A stretch of 64,000 bases of DNA from the NCBI RefSeq assembly GCF_964355755.1, contig NC_092678.1:19361365-19425364 (forward strand), given 5' to 3'. A program made the translations under genes and the position numbers. Under the pieces are notes generated by a model that saw nothing but the letters and a program-made list of their open reading frames with translations, searched no databases and had not been told where the DNA came from. This DNA is from Antedon mediterranea (taxonomy: Eukaryota; Animalia; Echinodermata). Shown piece after piece: positions 48,882-60,800 of this stretch; the first letter of the stretch is position 1, and each line of letters starts with the position of its first letter.

Positions 48882-51800
48882 TTATAAATCTAAATACAAA
48901 AATAACAATATAAATTATAATATAAGTAAATTATAAATTATTTTAAACAAAATAGAAAAATATTTGTATGAAAATAGAGTACCTGAAGTTTCTGTAAATT
49001 CAAAATAGTTGTGAAATTTTTAATACTGTATTGAAAATTTGAAATCTACTTATTTTAAGCAAATTACCTTGGTCTGTTCTTTTTCTTTTTGCATTTGTTG
49101 GCCCAAATTCTTCTAGAAAAACAAAATTTTAAAAATTATTGTAATAACTTGTCACTTGTATGAGACTCTTTAGGTCATTGTTTGTCAAATCACTTGATTT
49201 AGGATTTCCTGAGCTATAAATAAAAAATAACAAATATAAACCAACCATCATCATCATAGAAAATCCTCCTAGCCTTTGCCATTCCATTTTTGTCTAAAAT
49301 GTTAATGAATTTGACCATCTTTGTGATATCCTTATCAATGATCCCTCTATGTTCAAAGTCACTAATCAAACTCCAGCTGTCTTGATATTTCTTTACCAAT
49401 GTAGGCTTTTCGTTAAATAACCTAGCAAGTGTTGATACATCATCCTTTCTAATTTCCAATCCCAGTTGATAAATCTTCTGTCTGAAAGATGTCAACATTG
49501 ATACCACATGATCCTTGATATCTTCTGGAGGTTGATTCTTTACTTTTGACTTGAAGCCAAATTGCTTAGTTATCTTAATTGTGTCATATAGAAGAGTAAG
49601 ATTTGATGGACTCAAATTTCCAGAGGCTCTTAAAAACTGCAGTAAATCCCAAACACTACTAGCTCTCTCCACCTCTACATTAGATATTTCCATATGGTCT
49701 TTGTATAAAACTTTCAACATTCCAAGATATCCAAGTCCATCAAACCACTCTGATGTATCATGCAACAGTTGCCGGAAATCATTCTCTGAGATTTCTGCAA
49801 TACAAACATTATTTTTAATACCATCAATATAAGTACACACAAAAAGTATGAAATAATGATTCTCTTTAAAAATGGTGAGAGGGAGTTCTTCATGAAGAAA
49901 TTAGTAGAGTATTAGTATTATCCAAATATTATATACTGTATGGTCAATTTAACATACCTTGATTTGAACGTCTACGTCTAACATCTATAACAAATAAAAT
50001 AATAATACATGTATTTAAAATATTTAAACAAATGAGACATTTTTATTCATATAATACTGATGAATTAAAATTTGAAAATATGGTAAAATAATTAAACAAT
50101 TAAGATGAATACAAGTAATCTAATAACCTTGCAATAATGATTTTGCTAGTACTACTACTGGTAAGAGGAATGAAGATATCACAGCTAATAGCAGCATGTT
50201 GTAACATTGTATAAATTATCAACAATGATTCTGCAGTTTCTGACTGACTCTACTTTTTTATACACGGTTGTTGCTTTATTGTTTGTTGTTCAAATAAACA
50301 AATGAAATTAAACTTGAATCAGTTATTACTCTTACCTCCAAATAGTCGCTTGTAACGTTCAACATCCATCTTTAAAAACTTGCCAGTTTTGGTGCATGTC
50401 AACTTCTCATACTGGAAATCAGCAAGATGTTGAATGTGCTTTTTTCCTGATGTATCACTACATACATCACAAAGTATGCATCTCTCAAATTCAATTCCTC
50501 TTCTACCACCATCTTTAGAAGGTTCAAATGACTTCTGGATTGTTAACAAAACCTAACGATACAAATTTAATGTTGATTTACAAGAGCATTACTACAATTG
50601 ACCAATATAATACAATGTAGCAACTTTTGAATCGGCAGCACACACTTTTAAAATGTTGTGTTCACTAAACATTTACAATACGTCCCATACACATTTATGT
50701 TTTGGAAAGAAATTACTGTGATTCTCTTGATCTAGGAGGTACATGTCTAAAAAATGGCACTGCAAAAATACATAAAGAAGGCAGAAAATGTAGGCCCATA
50801 AGTAGACTACACTGGTTCTATTGCATGTGAAATATCCAAACTTGTTGCCGAAATACTTTCTCCATTAGTAGGAAGCACCCAGCACCACTTTAAAAATTCC
50901 AAACATTTAGCACAACAATTATCAGAAATCTTCAACCAACATCTCGGTAGAAGATTCATCATCTAGACTTAAAGTGATTTAAAAAATAGAACTCTATAGA
51001 ACATCGATGACATCATACAGTTATTAAAGTTCATACTTTAGTAACTATGTACATACTTTAACTACCACTTATTTCACATTCACTGGTATCGTCTACAAAA
51101 ATTTGGAGCAGCAATGGGAAGACCAGTATCCTCCATTGTAGCTAATCTATATTTAGAGTTCCTGGAACAAAAAGCTATTGCCATTGATTTGAATGTAAAC
51201 CTCATCTTTGGAAACGATTTGTAGAGTTGATTTAACAATTAATATCTAAATTCATCTGCTCCGAAAATCGGATTGACAAGGCAAACTTTTATGAAATTCC
51301 TTGCACAAATTGAGACCATATTTACATAGTTAAAACTGCACTAACAGAAACTGAAAAGGTAACGAAACAGAGACAGAATTCAAAACCGCAAAAGATCGAA
51401 TCAGAGAATCTGAGAGAGAATTAAGTAAACCTCTATTAAAAGCACCACACAAAAATGATTTTAAATACTTAAGTTATTTTAGACTATGTCATATTACAAA
51501 TATCAACAAAAATATCTTTAAAAATCATATATTTTTTATATATGAAATAACATACCTCTTTACATGCTTCAGAAGAGGGTTCCTTATTACTTGTTTCATT
51601 AGGAGCATTTGTTCTTTCAATAGTTACCTGAAAAAGTGATGTTTTGATATCTGAAATTGAGTTTATGCTTAGATTAAATTATGACTTATTCACAAGCAAT
51701 TATTATAATGATTCAGTACCTTTAATAAGAACATTCTTTCATCCTCCGTAGTCACAAATTTTACAAGAGATAAAGTCACATGATGATCTTGGTCGAAGTA

Positions 51801-54800
51801 AAGTGCAGCATGATTATGCAAGAGTATTGGGTCAACTCCTTTCTTTTGGAATTTGTTGAGGAAATCAATAATCATATATGGAAACAATACATCTGGCAGA
51901 TATCCCTTAAAGTCGTAATAGATACTGATAGATTGTGGATCATCAGGCACTGGTTTCACTTCAGTTGACGTCTTGAAAGCAAGTCGTAGTGGCACAAAGA
52001 ATGATCGCTTTCCAACAGATTCCTGAAATTGTTGATTTGTAAAATGCCATTTAGATTTCTTTTAAGAACAAAAGATAATTTTCTGTACATGTTAAAAACA
52101 TCTTTCAGCAGAAAGTTTAATCTAAATACAGTATGTCTGAAGTCTAAAAATAATTAGAAATTTTATGTAAAATTTCACCAATTATGTTTCATATAACTTT
52201 TTTTTTCACATAAGTTTGCATGCAAAACATAACATGTTAGAAAAGGTAACTTAACAAAACCTACTGTAGATGTACTTGCCATATCTTGGCTGCTGGTTGT
52301 CTTCCTCTCACAAATGAAACCTAATTGAATCATCAGTGCTACAAGAAACTCAAAATTCTTTCCTTTGTCTACATTCCTCTCTTTCCATAATTTTTTTAAC
52401 AATTTTTCCTCCAGTATGCCCTTGTCAAGTTTTTCGAACGCATCAATATACATGGCCGACTAAAAAAACACCACCAATTATAATTAACATACATTTTTTT
52501 AAGTTATAAAACAGTTTAGAATCTGAAGGGGTGCAGATGTAAGTACATGGATAAAGACTTATATAGATAAAGTGACATGGTTTATCTCATTTCACATCTG
52601 AACTGAACTGAACTTTTATTGTATCTCTTTTAAATCAGAGGCACAGTCTCAATGAGATGTGCAACAAGTTTACAGTGAGTAATACACACACACTTAAATA
52701 TAAATACAAAACAAGAAATTAGACATAAGAACAAATTACAAAAAATTCAAGAAAACTGAGAAAGATTAAAAACTAAGAAAATGAATAAATTAAGTTTGAG
52801 AAGGAATTATATTATATATATCATTTCTTGTGTTCCAAGCCATGGTCAGAAAAATTTTACAATGTTTGTAAATATTACTTGCTAATTCGTATACATCATG
52901 GGTCAATTGATTTGGTGTAATTTTAAATTCATTATGGATTTCAAGATCATCGAAGAATAAGTGGTATTTTAGATCTAGAGAGCTAGTAGTAAACAATTCC
53001 CAGAACATGGATAGATTATTGTTGTTTAGCTCATTTTTAAGGTTCATGAGTGTTGGTTGTCTAACGTACTCAAGTCATTTGCATTCAAATACGAAATGAT
53101 ATACAGTTTCCTTTTCATTACAATTACACAATAAACATATACCTGCATTTGAGGTGACCATGCTTCTTTTCTACCTTCAAGTGGTAGTGAATTGGAGCGA
53201 ATTTTAAATTTTAGGTAGCATGGTAGTTACACTTATCTAGTAAGTATTTTTCTAGTTTTGGTTCATTTTTATACCTTTACTTAGTGATGGTTTATTCTTA
53301 GCATTCTCAAGCCATTTCATCTTATCTCTTATAGTGTTTTTTTCTTTGAAACCTTTAAGCCAATTATTAGCATATTCTAAGTTAAAATGGTTTTGTATAT
53401 CACAGTTGACTAAAATAGATTTTATATTATGTAGCCAATTCCAATTTAAAGTGTTTTCAAGTGCAAAGAACTTTTGGTAAACGACCTTCGTCCATGTTTT
53501 TCAATCTTTTGAAGTAGGATATTCCTCTATCCGATAGTATGGACTCAATCGATGGCCATCCAAGTTCACCATAAAGGGCTTCCTTTGCAACATACCTTGG
53601 TGCTTTTAAAAGAAATTTAGCCATTTGATATTGCATATTTAGGATAGATGTTTTGCTTTCACAAAACCAAATACTGCATGCATACGTTATACTTGGTATT
53701 CCAATGCCTTTCCAAACTATATTACCATACATAATTCTATTGAAATCATTTTGTTCATTATGATTGATTTTATATATGCAATAATTCTGTTTCCTTTTTT
53801 AATCGTTTCATCTATATGGCATGTATCTTTTAAATGTCTTGATATGTGCATGCCTAGGTATTTATACGTGTTGGCTTCGTCTATAAATTTATTAACGATA
53901 AATTTATTATCTAATATACAATAATACCACATGCTAAACCAAGGCAAAAGAACAACAAGACATTGAGCTTGACAATTGCCAAGATAGGCTATCGTAACAG
54001 ACTTTGAACTGCGGTAATGCTTAGAGGAATTTATTCAGCTGTCAAATTATTATCTAATTATTAAAATTTATTTGATTGAAGTACACACAATATTTCAGAT
54101 TTATCAGTTATTTTAAATTGTTCATTATTTTCTGTTCATTAAAATTTTGTGTACCATAGCCTTCATTTTGACAATGTTGACATTAAATGCATAAAACCAG
54201 ATGATGTGTATACTCTTAAAAAGTGCCTTTATACATTATCCTTAATTCACGCATTGATTGATATTATTATGATTAATTATAACTTTCTTTAAACACAATA
54301 GCTTGTTTCACCATAACTTGGTGTTATTCTACAAGGCTGTGTTGACATTATAATTATTATTAGGTAAAAATGAGCTACTATTAGACTATATATATAGTAA
54401 AAATATTTACATGTACCTCTATTATTTTCGCAAGAAACACTGCATAAAAAAATTTGTTATAAAGGTACTTACTGGAAATTCTGGTGGAATAACGGTTGCA
54501 AAAGCAGTGACAATTTCTACCAGCTGCATCGGATCTAACACCGCTGTATCTCTTAATAATTTGTTGTCAGGCCTGTAAACAATTTCACCAAGATCATACA
54601 GGAAGTTAAGAAGGGTTGATTGTTGTTTTTCATCTGCAACACCATTCTTACGTGCCAGTGTTTTGAGCTAACAAGACAATTGTTACTTATTCAGATATAA
54701 ATATATTTGAAAACCTAGGTAGGTGTACATTTATAACATTAATTTTGTCCTTTACAGCACATAAAATTGACTGTATACTGTTGGATCTGATAGAAAATAT

Positions 54801-57800
54801 GATATAATTATATCAATAAAATTACTAGGCCAATGTCATTGATTTCATGATTCTTTCAGATAGGAAATCATACCAGCATGAATAGGATTATATTACATTT
54901 AACATTTATTTTACCATTCAGATAATAATAGATTTCTAGGAAGCTAATCATGAATTAAATTCCTGTTAATAAGTATTTTCATCTTTTGCAATAGAAAGAG
55001 AAACAAAGCTGAAATTATTTTCAAAACACTGTGTTTAATGACAGTTAATGAAAATGAATGAAAATATGATATACAGTATATACTGTACTGTATATCTGAA
55101 TGACAAAAGCTATTTTCAATTTTAATTTAAATAAAAAAAATAATAATTATAATACTCATAGTCATACTGTAATATTATATAGTATTTATATATAGTAATA
55201 AATAATAGTCGATAGATTCTTTTGTTATAAATACTATTATTTCCATTCAGAAAACAAAACACTGAGGATGATGCCAATCAAATTTACCTCTACAACAGGA
55301 CACAAAGAAAAATGCTTTTTTCTCCTTAGATCATGTAGATCACATCGAAAACGCATCCACTTTAAAGGAACTTCTTTCTCTAAAGCAGTCATAAGTTCAT
55401 CAATAACTTGTTTGAGATCACTAAAGCTCTCATCTGTAGTTTCTTGGCTGTTTTCAATGGCAAAATATACGTTGTACACATGTTTATTAAACTCTTTCTG
55501 TTTAAGTGCTCCTCGAATCTTTTTCCAGATCTTCTTTGCCTGGTTGTAAACAATTTCAACAAATGAGAACAAAAAACTGTTACTTCTTTTAATTAATAAT
55601 ATCTATTTTCTTAGAAGAGGAATGTACTTGGTTGGTAATTTTAATAATGCAAATATTAACCTCATCATTTTGTTCCTTTTCAGTCTTACCAAGCTTACCC
55701 TTATGTGTACCCACAATAAGGATAGTTGGTTTGTGAACTTCATTCTCTTCATCTTCTTCCACAATACGACTATGCGAATAAACTGACAGGATGTAAGATA
55801 ATATGAACTGGAGATTGGTCCAATGATGTTTACACTTTTCCTGTAAAAAAAAAGATTAGTTTAAATTACATTTTATCTTTGTTCAATTGAAATTAAATGA
55901 AAAAGTAAATGATTTCTAACCACAATTATAATAAAAATGGTAAGGTTTCAAATATGTAAATGTATGCAGCTCATTTGGAAGGTATGAAATAAAACTCTTT
56001 GTAATGCATAACATATATAGCAAAACACTTACTCTATTGGCATCAATATAAATAGCAGGTTCATCAAGGTCTACACTTAGATCGAACACTACAATATAAA
56101 GTGCTTGTAATGTCATGAACATCTGTAAAAACATAATTTGTTTGTTATTCAAATATTTGATAAATATGCTTTAAGGCCTAATAAATAAGAATCATTTTAT
56201 TTTGTAGGTTGTCTGCGTTTATACACTTACTATTGATACTCTAGTAAAAATCCATATAACACTGTGGCTAAAATCAGTTATGATTGAAAACAGGACTAAC
56301 TAACTGAAAATACATTTTTTGTTAAAGCAGGCAGAGAAAATTTGTAATTTTTTTAATTTATTTTTTATTTATATATTTAATTTTTTTTTATTCAACTTCT
56401 CACCAACTCTGTTAGTGAAGGATCTGGACCAACAGGTGGTACACACCTCAATAAAACGATCCAGTCCCAACTGCACAGTGGCTGTGTGTGACAGTGGCTG
56501 TGTTTGTGTGGACTAGTACTCCGGGGTAACCCCTACTCGTCTCGAAAGATGTACTAGGTTCTTTAAAGTGCACATGAGCTGGACCTTCGTTTATAGTCCT
56601 TATCCGAGAAGACTCGTTCTACCACCAGAACCATGGAGCGAGTGAGCCTCGAACCCTTGCCGATGTTATGGCTACATAATTACGTAGATTCTCAAAAAAT
56701 TTTATCTGGTTTCAATGAGTATTTAAATAAATAAAGGTTAACCTTTAGACAAGAGGTGGCGTAATTCACCGAACTATGACGAATGACAGAACACCATGTC
56801 AACGTCATTTGCGTGAACAAGGCTACTGAAAGTAGCTGAAACGTAGCAAGTACTTGTCAACTGGTTTAACTAAAAGTTAACCTTTATTTATTTAAATACA
56901 TAATTACGGTTCCACTGTCTTAACCGCTCGGCCATGACGACTCACTCATAACAATAATAATAACATTTTATATAAGCAGTACTATGGAAAGATGTTTGCG
57001 ATTACTGAATGGACAAGTTAAACATTGTTCATACCATTAGGTTAGTGGGAGCCTGCCCAAATGTTTTTACTCCGTTTAACTTGTTGTAACGCTACTAGTT
57101 TAACGATTTACCGTTATATGCAAGCTAATTTAAATGGGGTTGGGCGTGTTCAATGTATATAGGCCTAGGCCTACACGGTAAAATAAAAATATATAGGTCT
57201 AAGCATACTATTTACGATCCGATCCGATTCATGGTATTTTTTAGCCTGGTACGTCGGGCGACACATGTCTAAATTTCTAATAGCCGACTTTCACCTGAAA
57301 AAAAACACGCATTTTTTATCCCTGGATGTAACATGATATTGACGCGAATACCGCAATACAGAGAGCTAGGCCATGAACGATTCGTTAAAAGTACACCGCC
57401 AGACAATCGCGTAGCTATTGTTTAGATTACATACTATAAACAATTAATAACAAAGAAAGCCTAGAAAGATAAGCTCCTCCTCTCGTTAAAATTGTTAAAT
57501 AATTTTGCTTTGACTGAGCCATTTTGTGACGGTTTCAACTCTTATCCATAACATTTCATTAATTAAACAATCAAATATAGATTTTCACATTAGACAATAT
57601 TTTTTTAAATAATTTACTGTATCAGTTCAGACTGTGAAGAACATGGATTTCGAAAGGTACACTTTATTTAACGCCAGGAACTCTTCTCACGGAAAAAAAT
57701 GTGCTGATTGCAATCTGCATAAGCAACCAAAGATCCTGTATCTTTCTGGGATTCTGCCTTTTCCCAGATTTATTGTTATTTGTGCATGACATAAAACCTC

Positions 57801-60800
57801 AGTACTGTGGAATGATGCTACTCTATAAGGCCTACTGTCATTCAATACTATCGTCCGTTAGCTCGGCGTTTAACGGACGCAAACACTCAGTAACCTGTGG
57901 AATAATGCTATACTCTGTATGCTGTCATTCAATACTATCGTCCGTTAGATCGGCGTTTAACGGACACAAAAACTCAGTAGATTGTGGAATGATGCTACTC
58001 TACTGTAATTCAATACTATCGTCCGTTAGAACGGCGTTTAACGGACACAAAAACTCAGTAACCTGTGGAATGATGCTATACTCTATATGCTGTCATTCAA
58101 TACTATCGTCCGTTGGCTCGGCGTTTAACGGACACAAACACTCAGTAACCTGTGGAATAATGCTATACTCTGTATGCTGTCATTCAATACTATCGTCCGT
58201 TAGATCGGCGTTTAACGGACACAAAAACTCAGTAGATTGTGGAATGATGCTACTCTACTGTAGTTCAATACTATCGTCCGTTAGATCGGCGTTTAACGGA
58301 CACAAAAACTCAGTAACCTGTGGAATGATGCTATACTCTATATGCTGTCATTCAATACTATCGTCCGTTAGCTCGGCGTATAACGGACACAAAAACTCAA
58401 TACAGTATACCATGGAGCTATAAAATTGTATAGCTCCATGAGTATACTGTGGAATGATGCTATACTCTATATGCTGTCGGCGTTTCGGACACAAAAACTC
58501 AGTAAACTGTAGAATGATACTACACTCTATATAATAGGCCTACTGTCATTTAATACTATCGTCCGTAAACTCGGCATTTAACTGACTCAAAAACTCAGTA
58601 AAACTGTTGAATATGATACTATATAATACTGTCATTCAATACTATCGTCCGTTAGCTTGGCGTTTAACGGACTCAAAAACCCAGTATACTGTGGAATGAT
58701 GGTATACTCTATATGCTGTCATTCAATACTATCGTCCGTAAACTCGGCGTTTAACGGACACAAAAACTCAGTAAATTGTGGAATGATGCTATACTCTATC
58801 TGTCATTTAATACTATCGTCCGTTAGCTCGGCGTTTAACGGACACAAAAACTCAGTAAATTGTGGAATGATGCTATACTCTATCTGTCATTTATTACTAT
58901 CGTCCGTTAGCTTGGTAATATAACCTGTGGAATGATGCTATACTCTATATAATGCTGTCATTTTAATACTATCGTCCGTTAGCTCGGCGTTTAACGGACA
59001 CAAAAACACAGTAAACTCCGGGAATGATGGGTATTCGAATGATGCATACTCTATATACTGTCATCTATCGTCCGTTAACTCGGCGTTTAACAGAACAACG
59101 CACTGAATAGTAAATTCGCGCTTGGTTGAGAGCAAGTAGGGGAATTCCCTTTTTTGCGACGCCTCCCTACTGCAAGAAGGCAATTGCACATTGTTTTTTA
59201 TTTTATATATATACTGTATAAGTGTTTTGCCTATTACACCATTTAGGCCTAAATAGATACAATAATTGTTAATGTACAGTTTTTTTTTGTATTTTGTAAT
59301 AAACATGACACCCTTGCAGCAGCATCACGGAGGCTGCCAAAAACACCGTGGTGCGTGTGTACATCGCATCGCGGTGATAAAAAACCATGTGCTTGCGAAT
59401 AACGTGACGTCATATCGCCCAAAGTTTCATCCTCTGTTTTTGGACACAGTTCACTCGAGGTCAGCGATAGTTAAAGTAATGATTTATTTACGTAATACAA
59501 TAATTGTTAATGTACAGTTTTTTTAGTATTTTGTAATAAACATGACACCCTTGCAGCAGCATCACGGAGGCTGGCCAAAAACACTGGTGCGTGTTGTACA
59601 TCGCTTCGCGGTGATAAAAAACCATGTGCTTGCTAATAACGTGACGTCATATCGCCCAAAGTTTCCTCTTCTACTCGCGCGGCAGCTACAGTCAGTAAAT
59701 TTTTTAGCTCTAGATAGACGGCGACTGGTTTCTATATTGTTTGGTCCATACCATCGTCCATAAAGGCTATACATGCTGATACGACAGTCGGGGTTTTATC
59801 TGTGTTTACAATTTCGCCATTTTTTTTTTCCGTCAAGTGTACGGGGTAAAAAATAAAAAAGGATTTAACGTCAAGCATGCTAAAAAAAAATGTGTATATT
59901 ATAGGAATGTTCTATAAGTTGAAAATGTTCAACAAAAATTGTGGAATTGTAGATACTGATAATTTAATGTTGGGTAAGGTTGTTTTAACAGCATTTTTTT
60001 GCCGTCGAAATGACGGTTTACCACATCATCTGCAGTTTCAAGGCCTTTTCTACAGCAATTGCCGTCGATCTTCATATTATTATTAGATATTATTGTATTG
60101 AACTCTGTAATGTGTGGTGTGATATTGTCAGTACAAGGGTCCGTTAAATGAGCGTTTAATGAATATAAAAACAATCTGTTAGGTCGGCGTTTAACGGACG
60201 AAAACAACGGACGTTGTTCTTCCGTTGTACGCGTTAGATAGTAAATTCAATTTCATTGTACAGTATTAACCATTATACGCTCTGCTGAGTACAGACCGCC
60301 CAACTCATTAACGTTTTGCATATTATTAACACATTTAAAAGTCTATTAACGGAGTAAAAACATTTGGGCACGCTCCTAAATAGTATATACAAAGACACAA
60401 CTGGCTGTGTACAAAGTATTTAAACATATTATAACTTACGCGATGTATACCATGGTAAATTAATTGACCCCCATGGTCCCAAATGTTAAATGTTTCTTCC
60501 AAGGTCTCCTCCTTATTTTCCTCAAGTGTCTTGATTACATCTTTATCTAACTGCTGATCTGTATAAATTGGAATAGCTTCAGTAGCTGTATCAGTACCTG
60601 TAGTGGAAACAAGTTTTTTTGGTCACTCTCAACACACGTAAACAAGCATCATTATTTTAATCATTGTAATTGTCATTATCCTCATTGCAGTCTTCATGAT
60701 TCAGTCGTCATCATTGTTATTAGGAACTTTTAGATTTTCACGTTGACTATGTCGACTACTACCCTATTACGTCATTTTTATGATATGCGCATGTGCTAGG

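Noticed and set aside
57701-58423. 240-aa Cys-rich repeat ORF, or CRISPR-like hairpin repeats
   Set aside because: The ORF arises because the 81/87-bp units are multiples of 3. It lies inside a TIR element, antisense in an intron, and later units break frame. The sequences between hairpins are homologous, not spacers.
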